Shown here: piece by piece, positions 47,680-61,400 of the stretch
How positions within the stretch are numbered: the stretch's first letter is position 1
Layout of the letters: each line of letters starts with the position of its first letter
Source: Emiliania huxleyi CCMP1516
Lineage: Eukaryota
Assembly (NCBI RefSeq): GCF_000372725.1
Contig: NW_005202428.1
Span: forward strand, 1,163,331 to 1,227,330
DNA: 64,000 nt
Direction: 5' to 3'
Program-made: the position numbers and the translations under genes
The notes under the pieces: generated by a model
What the model was told of the DNA's origin: nothing
The model's input: the letters and a program-made list of their open reading frames with translations, nothing else
Databases searched by the model: none

Positions 47680-48778
47680 ATGCCGCAGCGACCCCCGGAC
47701 CTGCGTTTCGGCGTCTCATGGTTCGCCGTCGCGGTCACATTCGCTGTGTGCGTCGCCTGTTGCTGCTTCGTGGGGCAGTGGGGACTCTGGCTCCATCGAG
47801 CACAAGGCGGGCCTGCGCTGCCGCCGGATCCGACCGTGCAGCAAACTCAGCTCGACTGCAACTGTGCGCGAGAGCACCTCATCAACCAGTACTTTGTACG
47901 TGCTGCCACGTCCACACGACCACGCACGCACGCACGCACGCACACACGTAGCCCTCACCTTGCCATAGGACCGGAAGTACGTGCTGCCAGAGGAGCTCCT
48001 CACCCTCGATCGTCCCGCCATCATCTGCGTCACGCCGCACAACATCCTTCCGTGGTCGACCAGTGGTGCCATCTCAAAGCTGTTTGGCGGGAGGCTGACA
48101 GACTGGGGCGGCGCTCCCGTCCTGTTCAAGCTGCCGATGCTCAGGCCGCTGTTGGCCCAGTTTGGCACCTTCCCCGCCGGCAAGAAGGGGATCCACCAAT
48201 CGCTCGCGGACGGCAACAACGTGGGCCTGGTCCTGGACGGCATTGCCGGCATCGTGTTCTGCCGGGCGCGCGGCCACGGGGACGAGCAGCTGTACCTGCG
48301 CAAGCGCAAGGCCGTGTGTGCCATTGCGCTGCAATCGGGAGCGCCCATCGTCCCAGCCTACTGCTTTGGCTCCAACGAGGTCGCGACGGTCCTCGCCGAC
48401 CCGCTCGGGCTGCTTCGCTGGCTGTCGATCCGCTTCGACGTCTCTCTGACGCCCTTCGTCGGCCGCTGGGGGGTTCCGATGGGTGCCCCGCGGCGGAAGC
48501 CGCTGCTTCTCGCGTTCGGGCCCGCCATCGAGTGCACACAGCTGCCCCTCGACTGCGACGCGGCCGCCGTGAGCGCCGCTGTCGACGCGAAGCACGCGGA
48601 ACTGCTCGAGGGCTACCGCACAATTTTCGAGACGCACAAGGAGGCGTACGGGTACACCCCTCCCTGGAAGCGATGTGCGCCTGCTCAAATTCTTTCCGAC
48701 TTTCGTTCCGCAGTTGAGCGTGAACACACGACGCCGGTCCACCTCTCCAGCCTACCCCATACGCCGGGACACGAGTGA
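47680..48778 (+). CDS. DGAT2/MGAT-family acyltransferase; intron about 47896-47968; 3' end uncertain
   Basis: ICVTPHNILP, GLVLDGIAG, LRKRKAV..IALQSGAPIVPAYCFGSNE, FVGRWG. Confidence 0.85.
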
Positions 48779-49175
48779 GCGCGCTGCTCCGACCCCCCCC
48801 CCCCCCCCCCTTTTTCCCGGAAGGAAGGGGGCAAGGGGGGAGACCCCCTGGTCACGGGGAATAGGTGGGGGGGTTCCCTCGTTTGCCGTCGCTGGGGGGG
48901 GGGTGGGTTTTTTTTCCCCCCCACGCCCCCCTTGGAGAAAGAGGAGAACCCCCCCCCCCCCCCGGCGGAGGGATTTCTTTTGGTTTTTCTTTTTTTGGTT
49001 TTGTTTCGTCGCTGGCTGGTGGTGGCTGGGCTTAGTTGTTTGCCACACACACCCCTTTAGGGTCACAGCCCCCCCCCCCCCCCCCGCGCTCGCGCGATTT
49101 CTTTTCCTTGTTCTTCTCGGTTCTTGTTTTTAAAACCATTGTTTTTTTTCTTACGCTGGACAGCGCAACGCGCGC

Positions 49176-52100
49176 ATGAACGCGATACCGGTGGCGGACG
49201 AGGACTCGGACGACCTTCCGCTGGTTCGGGTGCGCTGCTACGCGCGGCGGGCGCTCCACTGGCGGCTCGACGTGGCTCCGCTCTGCGCCGCGTATGCCGC
49301 TGCGTTTGGCGCCTACGCCCTTCGGCCCGAGCTAGAGGAGGTGGCTGTCGTCGGCACGCCGTGCCTAGTGCTGGCGCACCTGCTGCTCTTCCTCGCCACG
49401 CACTGGTCTGTCCGCGTCCGGTGCGCCACCCAGCTCTACGCCTGCCCTCCGGCCAGAGCATCGCTGGTCTGCGCCGAACCCGCCTCCGGAGCGCCGCGCC
49501 TCTGCCCGCTGGAGCGCGAGGCGGCCGCGCCGGACGCCTTCTTCTTCACCTACCACAAGCGCAAGTACCTCCTCGGTGCTGCTGGCAAGGGCGGCGGCTC
49601 GCCGTCATGCCGCAAGCTGCGGATGCCGTCGAGCGAGCCGCTCTCGCACTACGCCGAGTGCGCGGGGCTGCAGACGCCGGCGGCGGTCGAGGCGGCGCGG
49701 GCGCGGTACGGGTCGAACGACTTCTCCATCCCGCGGCCCGCCTTCTCCGAGCTGCTGCAGGAGCACGCGACGGCACCTTTCTTCGTCTTTCAGATGCTCT
49801 GCGTGCTGCTCTGGCGCCCGCGACTGCTAGCGCTCCGCGGCCGAGCCCAGCGCCTCTCCACGCCCACCGGCTGTGCACGGCGTGTGGCGTAGGTGCCTCG
49901 ACGACTACTGGTACTACTCGGTCTTCACGCTGCTGATGCTGCTCCTTTTCGAGTGCGAGATCAGTCGAGATCGGTCGAGATCAGTCGAGATCAGTCGAGA
50001 TCGATCGAGGTCGTCCGTCGCGCAGTCGTGCCCTCTGTGAAGGCAGCACTCCTCGGATCTCTCTCCCCCCCCGAGGTGCACCGTCATCAAGTCGCGCCTC
50101 CGCAACGTCGACGAGCTCTCCGAGCTAGCCACGCCCGCCTCGGCCGTGCTCGCCCGCCGCTGCGGTTGGGGGCGCATGTCCTCGTCCTAGCCACCTTTGA
50201 GCAGCGCTGGTTCATACCTCCGGCCGTGAACAGGCAAGTGGGAGCGGCTCTCGTCGACCGACTTGCTCCCGGGTGACCTCGTCGCGCTCGCGCGCACGCC
50301 GGCCAGCCGCCTCTAGATGCTGAACACAGGGCGTTGACCTCACACCGCTCGAGAGGCCACGTATTCGACGGGACTCGGCTGGATTCTACAGTGGATTCCC
50401 GCCCCGACTTTTCGACGCAGCGAGCCGCCCCATCTCGGCCATCTCTGCCCACATCCCCCCACAATTCCCCACATCTCCCCAACTCTCCATCCCACAGGCG
50501 AACCGCCTCCTCGGCCAGCCAGTCGACACCATCGTGCCGGCGGACGTGCTTCTGCTCCACGGCTCGAGGCGCCTAGATGCGGGAGAAGACACGAGGGTGC
50601 CCTCGCGAGCAGCCGACACGAACACTCCCGGAGACAGCGATGTGTCTCCGCGACACAGAGAGCTCTGCTCTCCCTCCCGGCGGCGGCGGCCTCGCGCACT
50701 AGTCGTGACTCGCCGGCAGACGGCGGAGGGGTCGTCAGAGAGCGAGCATTCGTCTCTAGCGAGCCGCAGACACGAGGGGACTCATCTCCACGGCACCCGA
50801 CGGCACCTTCGCGCCGTGTCCACGCCCTCGTGCCGACACACACACTGCTGCACGCAGCACACCGTCTCCGTCTCCGTCCCCCCCCCCCCCCCCCTCCCCT
50901 GGCGCAACCCCGCTCCGGGCCCGCTCGCCCTCCACGACTCCAAGACATGTCCATCCCCCGCCCACATAGACACAGACATGTCCCACGTCCCCACGACACG
51001 TCCACGACACGTCCCGCAGGCTCGCTCGCCCTCAACGAGTCCGCGCTCACCGGCGAGTCGACGCCGCAGCTCAAGGAGCCCCTCCCCTCGCTCGGCCTCC
51101 CCCCCTCCACGCGGCTCAACCTCGCCGAGCACCGCGCCTGCGTCGCCCTCGGCGGCACCAAGCTGCTGCAGCACTCCGCCGGAACCCAGCCGCGCTCGCA
51201 GCAGCCGCCCGGCGGCGGCGCCGTCGGCGTCGTCCTGCGAACCGGCTTCCACTCGTCGCAGGGCAAGCTGATGCTCTCCTCCTAGATGCCTACGGCAGAG
51301 CACATGTCTGTGCTCGTCGGCCTCGTCTTCTCGCGGTGCTGCGAGTGCACTGCACGAGCCCCCGTCCTCCCGCCCCCCCCTACAACTCTCTGCCGTCTCT
51401 CCACAGCGCAGGCGCACCATCCTGTCCGCGACGGAGCTCTGAGTTAATCAGTGGGCTGGTTACTTCACTAATCAGGCGAACGATCCTCTTCGCGACGGAG
51501 CGGGTAAACGGCTCTGACCGCGAGACGCTGCTCTTCATCCTCTTCCTGCTCGCCTTCGCCATCGCCGCCGCCGGCCACGTCCTCTCCGTCGGTCTTGCCG
51601 ACCCGGCTCGCTCGCGGCGAGCCTCAAGACTCAACCGACACACCTCCGAGACACACCCGACACACGGACCCGAGATCCGCGAGGCGCGTCCGAGACACGT
51701 CCTAGACACGTCCGAGACTCATACGACGAGACGGCCGCACTGCTCCGCACGGTGATCACAGTGCGGTGGTCGCGCCTCTCCACGCCTCCGCCTGTGTGGA
51801 CAGGCACAAGCTAAGGTAAGGTAAGGTAAAATTCTAGGTACAAGCTCGCGCTGCACTGCATGATGATCGTCACGTCGGTCGTGCCGCCCGAGCTGCCGAT
51901 GGAGCGCTCGCTCGCCGTCAACCTCCCGCTGCTGTGAGCGGCGTCTCTTCACACCTCCAGCTGTGAACAGGAGCTCTCCCTCGCCGTGAACCACTCGCTG
52001 CTCGCGCTGCACCGGCGGGACATCTTCTGCACCGAGCCCTTCCGCATCCCTTTCGCGGGCAAGGTGCAGCTCTGCTGCTTCGACAAGACGGGCACGCTCA

Positions 52101-53963
52101 CCTCGGACGACCTCGTCGTGCAGGGCGTTGCAGCCGTCCCGTCTGGCAGCGGCGGCGGCAGCAAAGGCAGCGATGGCGGTAGCGACGGCGGCGGCGGCGG
52201 CGGTAGCGACGGCGGCGGGGCGGCGTCCACAGGGAAGGCGGCCGCAGGGAAGGCCGCAGGGGGCGCGGGGACGGGGTCGGGCGGCCTCGTGTCGGAGCTG
52301 ATTTCGCCGCTCGCGCTGCCCGCGCCGAGCGTCGCCGTGCTCGCCGGCTGCCACCACCTCATGCTTGTCGACGGGTGCGGGGCGCAGCCTCCTCCCCCTC
52401 CTCCTCCATCCACCACCACCTCCTCCTCGATCAGCCACTCGAGATCCTCCCGAGACCCGCACAAAAACGCAATTGCGCTGCCACCCGCCCGCCACCGACC
52501 CCGCCGACGCCTCTGCACGCCGCCTCTGCCCGCACCGCCTCTGCACGCCGCCTCTGCACGCCGCCTCTGTCCGCACCGCCATGCCCACAGTTACACGCAC
52601 GCCTGCTGACGCGTCCGCGACACGCCTGCAGCGAGCTGCTCGGCGACCCGATGGACAAGGCGGCCGTCGGCGCGGTTGGCTGGAGCTACGCGCTCGAGGG
52701 GCTGTGCGTCAGCCGCGCGCCGAGCAGGCGCGGCTCCCTGCGCCTCCTGCAGCGCTTCGCCTTCGCGTCGAGCCTCAAGCGGTCGAGCACGGTCGTCGAG
52801 GTCGAGAGCCTCGACGGCGCGGCGCCTCCGCCGCAGCAGCGGCTCCGCGCGCTCTGCAAAGGCGCGCCGCAGCGCGCGTGCGTGCGTGCGCGCGCCGCTC
52901 GCTGCGGGAGGGGAGGGCCGCTGTCCACTCACCTCCGGCCGTGCCGCGAGTAGGAGCGCCGGAGACGGTGCGCGAGCTGCTCGGCCGCGTGCCAGAGGGG
53001 TGCGGCGCCGCCCAGCTCCTGGAGAGAGACGGCCCCCCAGACGGGTCTGCCGCCCGCGGGCAGGTACGACGCCGCCTACCTCCACCACGCGCAGCAGGGC
53101 AAGCGCGTGCTCGCGCTGGCGTACAAGATGCTGCCGCAGCTGCAGCCGCAGGAGGCGCGCAGGCTCTGTCCCTCTTCTCTTTTACTAGCTCGAGACGACT
53201 CGGCGTGTGCCCCATCGTTTCGTGTGCACGGCAACGACCCACCCCGGTGCGTTCACACACCCCCGGTGCATTCACACCCTCGTGCATTCACACCGCAGGC
53301 GCGCAGTCTGTCTCGTGAGGCGGTCGAGTCGGAGCTCACCTTTGCCGGCTTCCTCGTGCTGCACTGCCCCGCAAAGTCCGAGTCGGCGGGCGTGCTCGCC
53401 GCCCTCTCCTCCTCGTCGCACGGGCTGCAGATGATCACCGGCGACCAGATGCTGACGGCGGCCCACGCGGCGGCGCAGCTGCGGTTGATCACAAAGCCGC
53501 CCCTCCTCCTCGCCGCCCTCCCTCCTACCGAGGGCGCGGCGGGCGGGGGCGCGGCGGGCGCGGCCCTTCGGTGGGAGAGCTTCGGCGGCGGCGGCAGCGG
53601 CGGCGGCGAGGAGGTCACTGAGCCGTTCGAATCGAGCGGCGCCGCGATGCGGAGGCTCGCGGAGCGGTACGCCCTCTGCTGCGACGGCGCCGGCTTCGAG
53701 GCCCTCCAGCGGCTCGGCCTCCTCGCCTCGGCGCTGCCGCACGTGTCTGTGCTCGCCCGCATGGCGCCGGACCAAAAGGCGCCGCGCCGAGGCCGAGGCG
53801 CTTCTCCCCGCGCGTGACCCACACGCCACTCACCGCACGCGGTCTCTCGTGCGAAGGAGCTGGCCCTCAGCGAGCTCAAGCGCGCGGGCATCACGACGCT
53901 CATGTGCGGAGACGGCACCAACGACGTAGGCGCGTGCAACCCCTCCCCCTTCCCCCACCACAC

Positions 53964-54061
<98 letters not shown>

Positions 54062-54933
54062 CACACACACCGCCAGATCGCCACCACCATTTCACTCCAA
54101 GCGCCTCACGGGAGTCCGCACGGCCCGCTGCCGGCATCCGGAGCCGCAATGCCAGTGCCCATTGAGCCTCAGCGCCGGCGCCGGCAGGAGCGCTCAAGCG
54201 GTCGGCTGTCGGCGTCGCGCTGGTCAACGCGACACTTGTGGCGCCGCCACCGCGCGCCGCCGACGTCGCCGACGAGGTGGCCGGCGCGGAGGCGGCCAGC
54301 GCGGGGCAGAGCGGGCTGCGGCAGCGGCGCGGCAGGCCGGCGGGGCGGCCCGGCCTGCAGGCGGCGAGACTAGCCGAGATTCGCCGAGATTCCGCCGAGA
54401 TCCGCCGAGATGTGCCGTCGCCCCGGCCTGCAGGAGCGGCTGCAGGAGCACGAGCTGCCTCGGATGAAGCTCGGCGACGCCTCCATCGCCGCCGCCTTCA
54501 CCGCGCGCTCTGCGTCGGTCGGCTCGTGCGTCGACATTATCACGCAGGGTCGCTGCACGCTCGTGACGACGCTGCAGATGTGCAAGATTCTCGCGCTCAA
54601 CTGCCTCGTCTCCGCCTTCTCGCTCTCCGTCCTCCACCTGCAGGGCGTGCGCATGGGCGACACGCAGGCCACGTGCAGCGCTCTCGGCGCCGCTCCGCCG
54701 CACGCGCTTCGGACCCTCGCGAGCCGCGCTGTCCGCCTGAGCTAGCCTCCCTCTCCGCAGGCACGGCCCTCTTCTTCCTCTTCCTCTCCTCGTCGCGACC
54801 GCTCTCGCGCCTCTCGAAGCGGCGGCCGCCCGCGTCGGTGCTCTCGCCGTACGTGTTTTGCTCGATCCTCGCGCAGGTGGCGGCGGCGGCGGCGGCGGTT
54901 GTGTGGTGATGGTGTGTGTGTGTGTGTGCGTGC

Positions 54934-54988
<55 letters not shown>

Positions 54989-55622
54989 TGTGGGGGGGGG
55001 GGGGGGGGCGTGTGTGTGGGGGCGTGTGGCGGCCGTTGGCGCACACACCCGGTCAGACACCTGGCAGCACGCCTCCCGTCCCCGCACCGCGCGCGGGTTA
55101 GCGAGCGGCGAGAGGAGACCCGCCGCCCTTTCCGCCCTCTGCCTTGCAGGTAGCGGTGCATCTGCTCGTGCTGCTGCGCACCTCGGCGCACGGCACGCGG
55201 AGCCTGGCCGCTCGGCGCCCGCCCCTTGCGAGGTGGGGCGTGCCTCGGAATAGGCGCTCGGCGAGGAGCACGGGCCGAGCGAGCCGCCCGAGCCGGACGG
55301 CGAGTTCGAGCCCTCTTTGCCAAACTCGATCGTGTGGCTCGTCTCGACCGGGATGCTCATCACCACCTTTGTGGTCAACTACAAAGGGCGGCCCTACATG
55401 GAGAGCCTCGCCTCCAACCGCGGCCTGGCGGGCACGCTCGCCGCCTCGGCGCTGCTCATCCTCACCCTCGCCGCCGGCGCGCTCCCCGACCTCGCCGCCT
55501 ACCTCGAGCTGGTGCCGATCGAGAGCGAGGCGCTTCGCGGCGAGCTGCAGGCGCTGCTCGCGATCGACTTTGGCGCGTGCTGGCTGCTCGAGCGGGCAAT
55601 CTCGCGCCTTTGGTCTTACTGA
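49176..55622 (+). CDS. P5A-type ATPase (ATP13A1/Spf1-like), many short exons
   Basis: [68 protein letters not shown]. Confidence 0.95.
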
Positions 55623-55862
55623 GGCACCCAGTTGGGCGCCGGAAACCTCAGTCAGCGAAGCGGGGGCGTCCACAGATATTATAACGCCCGAGAGGAGCCG
55701 CGAGGGGTAGGGCTTGTGAACCGAAGAGGAACCAATTAAACGAAATCCAAATCCTTCAAAGTGAAAAACTTCAGAAAGAAAAAAGAAAAACGAAGCGCCG
55801 CTCCAGCAGCCAGCGGCTCGCTCCTTTTGAATCGTCTGAGCCGCCGCAGCCCTACACTACGT

Positions 55863-56833
55863 ATGAGCGAGAGGAGCAAAGGTCCGTGCGGCTTCCCACT
55901 CAGTATCCGCGAGTATGTGCAGGCCGCCTGGTCGATTGCCACAGGGCAATTCATGACCGTCGGCGACTCACCGCTGGCCGATCTCAAGGAACAGACCACC
56001 AACATGTCCACCAACATCGGCTTGATGTCAGCCTTGGTGCTCACCATGATTGTCCCGCTCATGTACGATGCAGGACTTGGTCCGCAAAACAACTCGTACA
56101 TGGTCACAGACCCTTTCTGGGTCGGCTCCCTGTACTTTGCACTTGCGTGTTCAGCGTCGTGGACCTTTGCAATCAGTACCGTTTTTGCTGTGCTCAAACC
56201 ATGGCACTGAACGAAACTGGGAGCTCTCGGGAGGCCAACCACTTCGTCATGATCGCGTCAACGGAACTTCGCACGACCAGCGATCTGTTCACTCTCTCGT
56301 GGGTCATGCTCGTTGGCGTTGTCGTCCTCTGGGCGAGCATCGTTTGCTTTGACCTGTCTGGAAACGAAGACTGCGATGAATCTTGCAACATGCCGGGAGC
56401 TTTCGCTGCTATGATTGTCACCTGCAACGCCATCAGCGCCTATGCGTGCTTCCGTGCATGCTCTTTGATAGCAAAACTCTACAAATGCAAGGAAAACAGC
56501 CCAATAGTGTCGTGGTGGCCTCGCCCTCCGAATGCGCTTACACCAACGGCCGACTGGATTCACGACCCCACGACGCAAGAGGTCCTGGGACTCTTGAGCG
56601 AGTACCTCGCGCATGACAAGGGCAAGGTGACACCAACGGGATTCAAAGAGTATCTGATCAACAGCTCGAGCAAAGGTGCCGGGGCCTTGAGCTATCTGGC
56701 CGAGCGAACTGCAGACAGAGTGTTCGAACGCGCAATCGATCTGATGATCGATTCCGATCTCAAGCACTGCTCAAACGAGGATGCAAACGAAGATGCAAAC
56801 GTGAGCCACCTGCGCGTCTGCACTGCTGAGTAG
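55863..56833 (+). pseudogene. Intronless 4-TM hypothetical membrane protein with a single frameshift near 56195 (pseudogene or sequencing error)
   Basis: NIGLMSALVLTMIVP...FAVL in one frame continues as TMALNETG...LSWVMLVGVVVLW in another; lower GC than neighbours. Confidence 0.55.
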
Positions 56834-57281
56834 CGAGTCGAGCGAGGACGCGTATGTCACTGTGAGTGGTCTCTATACTCTAAACGCGCCGTCCGTCCCC
56901 GGCCCGCCGTCTGGCCCGGCTCACCATCACAACTACCTTAAGGCCAACGACACCCCGCCCTCCGAAAACAACAAAATGCTCAATGGTCAAGATGCTCAAA
57001 AACGAAAACAAAACGACCGATACACACACCGGGCAATGTAGATACAAGGGAGCGTGTCATCCGCGCGTATGCAGCAACATGCAACATCAACGGCGAGGTG
57101 TTACGGCGTAATACCCTTACGGTGTTAGCTAGGAGGTTAGTGAGTACAGTGTGTACTCTGTACAGAGAGGCGAAGAACCTCTAACGTGTCAGGCTACACC
57201 GGCGCGGTATGGGTGGACGCTCGACAGGAGATGGTTAAAAACTTCTTTCGTGCTTGCGTGCCGTTGCGGCACTCCGGGAGT

Positions 57282-58115
57282 TTATTTCTTTTTCTGCCCG
57301 TCCCCGGCAAGGCACTTTCCAAGCTCATTGATGACAAACCTCGAGCAGTGGCCGCTGTCGCGCCCGCCCATCACGTGCGACGGGCAGTCGATCTGCGGCC
57401 CGACCGTCCCATTCGGCCCCTTGGCGAAGCAGCTCGTCACCTCGGAGAGTCGGCAGTGCTTGTCAGCGCGGATGGCGACGCGGCGCCCGTACTCGCTGCG
57501 CAGCTGCGCCGCAGATACCTCGCCGCCCACGTTGCCGCTGATCAGGGCTGGCGTGCCGCGATCGCCCGGCAGAAAGCGCAGCGCGTTGAGCGCCTCGGCG
57601 AAGTACGCGTCCGGGGAGAGGCCGCTGCAGGTGCCGTGCTTGACCCACTCGTGCCTGCGCTCAGGAGGGCCCGCGTGCCGTCGGCTCGGGCGGGGGAGAG
57701 GGCGACCACGCGGCGCGCTCACTTGGCGAGGTCGCCCACCTCCGCCTTGTGCTCCGCGGCGTTCCACCGCGTAAAGGACGGCGCGACGTCGATGTACTCG
57801 CGCGGCAGCTGCGATGCCAGGAGCTTTGCCTTGTAGCTGCAACTCGTGGGTGACGGGGAGCCGTGCTTACTGCCGTCGGGACGTGGCACCGCAAATGACG
57901 GCCACAGCCCATGCAGGCTGAGGTGGCGGGCGGAGAAGGCCCACGGCACGGTGGTGCACCTGTCGGGTGCCCAACGCAGGCTCGAGACGGAGGTCGGAGG
58001 AGAAGCACGGCACGGGTGGCTGCAGTCACCTGTCGGCCTTCTTGCAGCAGAACATTGGCGACCAGGTCTGCGCGAGCAGGTAGATGTCGTAGTCGCCGGG
58101 CTCCTCGCGTGGCAT
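57282..58115 (-). CDS. Ribonuclease T2 family, 3 exons
   Basis: YLLAQTWSPMFC; SLHGLWP (CAS I); HEWVKHGTC (CAS II). Confidence 0.93.
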
Positions 58116-58425
58116 ACGGCCCGAGGTAGCTGGAAAACTCCCTCGAATTGCGTGCTGTCAGCCCGGGACCTCTGGGTCACGCCCAGCTTAGCTCAAAAAA
58201 AAAAAGCAGACGGAACGCGGCGAAAAATGGACCGCAACATCCTTGTCCGTACTCGCTGTCAACGACTCAACGTACTCAAGCGGGGAAAGTACACGGCAAA
58301 CGCAAACAACGAAAGGTAGGCATGCACGACGTAGCGGCATGTAATTGCACAACTGTTCGGGCGCATGTATCTATCCACAAGTAGGAGCTCCCCTCAACCA
58401 CCTCACTCAAGGGTGGGGCCTGACG

Positions 58426-61400
58426 TCAAAGGTGCGGCTTGACGTCGATCACGTCCCAGCTGGCCCCGCCGACTGCTATCTTCTCGACGTTGCCGGTGGG
58501 GGCGAGGTAGGTGAGCGGCGGGAAGAGGAACTCGCGCTCCGCCGGGAAGGCGGAGAGGAAGGAGATGTCCGGGCCGCGCGAGATGAACGAGTCGGTGACG
58601 AGGCGGAGCAGCACGGCGTTCCGGCTGGCCGAGTACTTCATCGCCACCGCAAGCGAGGAGGTGGTCGACATGGGCGCCAGCTCCGTGCCGCCCTGCGCGA
58701 GGAACTCGAGCGGCGCACGCACGTCCTTCATGCCGCGGTAGAGGTGCAGCTCGCGCGGCGAGATGCGCGGCGAGGCGAAGGCGCCCTCGTCGTCGCCGCC
58801 GCCCGTCGAGCCTTGGTTGGCTTCGACCGCTCTGAGCTTGCCCAGCGCGTCGCGGAGCAGCGCCACCGTGACGGGAAGCTTGTGCGGCAGCTTGTTCTCG
58901 TAGCGGTCGCGGTCGCGGAGCGGGTCGTTGATCGAGCGGAAGGCCGCCGAGGTGTAGAGGCGCAGAGCAACCACGTGGGCCTTGGTCAGCAGCGACTGCC
59001 GCGCGCTCGGGTGCGCCACAAAGTCGTCGATCGTCATGCCGCGCTGGCCGCCCTTGCCATCCGGCACCAGGCGGCAGGCCAGCACCTCGCCCTCCTCGTC
59101 GCAGTCGCGCCTCAGCCCCCCCTGGAACCCGCGGTCGCTCGAGCCCGCCTCCGCGTCCAGCACGTATTGCAGGCACTCGAGGTCGCAAGCGTTGGCCGAG
59201 GCCGTCACTTCATCGACGATGGCGCTGACGCCGCAGGCGATGCGCGCCCCAAGGGTGCTCTCGTCGACGCACATGTAGTGGCAGATGCCGAGCGCCGCTT
59301 CGGCGGGGCGGCCAAAGACCAGGTCGCGGACGCCGACGTTGGCGAAGCGGTTGAAGGCGTCCTCCGATGCGGTGCCGTCGGTAAGGTCCACGCACACCAC
59401 GTCGCTCGCCCGGTCCGCCCACAGAAGGCGGGACTCGGCGCGCATGCGTCTCGCGAGCTCGCTGACCGTGGGCTCCAGCACGCATATCTGTGCTAAGTCG
59501 GCCGAGGTGAGAGCGCTGAGCCGGTCCTCTCTCTTGCCGATGCCCTGGTGCCGTCCAAGCCGCTTCAGCCGTTTCAGCAAGCCGGCTCCGGCGACCGCAC
59601 CAAAGATGCAAATGGAGCCCAAACCAGCAGCGATTGACCAGACGACGCCCGAGTACGCCGGAGTCGGGGCGATGCCTTGCCTGCAGGCACCCCGATCGAC
59701 TCCGCAGCACGGGTCCGACGCCGGGTCGCAGACGGACACGCTGATCGCCGGCGGGCCGGATGCGAGGCCGGGCGCCCCGAGAAAGTCGGAGGCGGCTTCT
59801 GCGGAGCCCGTCTGCTCCTCGATCTTTTGGACCACCTCCTCGCCAATCAGCCCCGTGGGTGCAGATATGATGAAGACGAAACGAAGGCTCGCGGCCGTGA
59901 GGCGCCTCCGACCAAGGACTGCGGCTGCCCGGCTGTCAGTGCTGCATGCTGGCACGGGTGGGGGTGGCGCTTCATACGCTTCCGGAAAGACGAGGTCTGC
60001 GCTACAAGAGCCAGCAGCAAGGCTGTTCTCAACCTCGATCCTGCGGCAAGTCTGTGCTCCCACCTCGGCCAGGCCTGCGATGAAGGTCACTCGCTCCTCC
60101 TCGCACCGCTCGTAAAAGTCGTCGAGGGTCTCGGTGAGCGGGAAGGAGATGTTGACCGTTGCCGGAAGGGACACAGGGAGATTCGGCGGCGGCGGCGAGG
60201 GCGGCGGCGAGGGAGGTGGCGGTGGTGACGGAGGACTCGGTGGCTCGGGTGGCGGGGGGGAGGGAGGGCGTGTGGTGAAGGTTGAGATGCGCACGTCCGT
60301 CACTCCGAGCCCCTCGAATGTGCTTTGCGCCTCCGCCACGGACGCCGGCAGCGCGTTCACCACGTCCTCGACCTCGAGTGCGGTCGGCGTCGTAGTGGTG
60401 AAGACGAGGCGCACTTGGTCGGTTTCCCCCTCCTGTAGCCGCCTGCCTCCTCCAGACTCTGGCAAATTCTCAATGCGATAGCGGCAGCTGCCAGCGGCGA
60501 GGTTTGCCTGCGCCTCAATCCGAAGGCAGTCGGAGCGGCCTGCCTCGTCGACCCTCTGAATGAAGTCCGTCCGATCAAATGGCTCCATGGCGGCGAGGTC
60601 CTGGGTGGTGACGTCGAGCGGCATCTCGAGTAGCACCGTCGCGGGTAGGTTAGCCGGTAAGCTCGGTGGCGCCGGCAGCGGCGGTGGTGGGAGTGGTGGC
60701 GGCGAGGGCGGTGGCGGAGGCGTCGAGGGCAGTGGCGGTGAGGGTTGCGGCGGCAGGGTCGGTGGGGGCGACGGCTGCGGCGGTGATGGCGGCGGCGGCG
60801 GCGGCGATGCGGAGGGCGGCGGTGGGGTAGGCGGCGGAGGTGAGGGCGGCGGCGGCGTGGGCGGCGGAGAGGTAGGTGGCGGTGGCGCGGGAGGCGGCGG
60901 CGAGGGTGAGGTGGAGGGCGGCGGAGGTGAGGGCGGTGGAGGGGCAGGTGGCGGCGGCATGGGTGGCGGTGTGCAGCAGCTCAGACTGTACCCGAATGCT
61001 GGGTAGTCTGATAGTGGCAGCTGTGCGACACATTCCCCAGTTCCTCCGCCATGCTGTGGTTGGGGCGAGAGGCATTTGGCTGGAATATTCGCATACTCAC
61101 AGTTGTCATCGGGTGCGTCAGCGCAGTAGGTCCAAGAGCAGCAGTCGTCGAGGCAGCCGTTGCTGGCTGCAGCAGCGCAGTCGCTTGATATGCTCGATGG
61201 CAGGCTCGGTGGCGGAGAGGGCGGCGGCGGCGGTGATGGCGAGGCGGACGGCGGCGGCGGCGACGGCGAGGCGGAGGGAGGCGCGGCGGGGGGCAAGCAC
61301 GCGCTCTTCTTCCAACACTCCTGCGTTCCGCCGTTCAAAGCGCAAGCAGACGACCAGCTGCCTGTCAAGGTATGCCCTCCCGTCTCGCATGCCTCGTCGC

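Noticed and set aside
48780..49150. Homopolymer-rich block after the DGAT gene
   Set aside because: Looks like poor-quality read-end sequence rather than a biological element
17237..55010. (CA)n/(TG)n and (GA)n microsatellites giving THTH/VCVC peptides
   Set aside because: Ordinary simple repeats, mostly intronic, not coding
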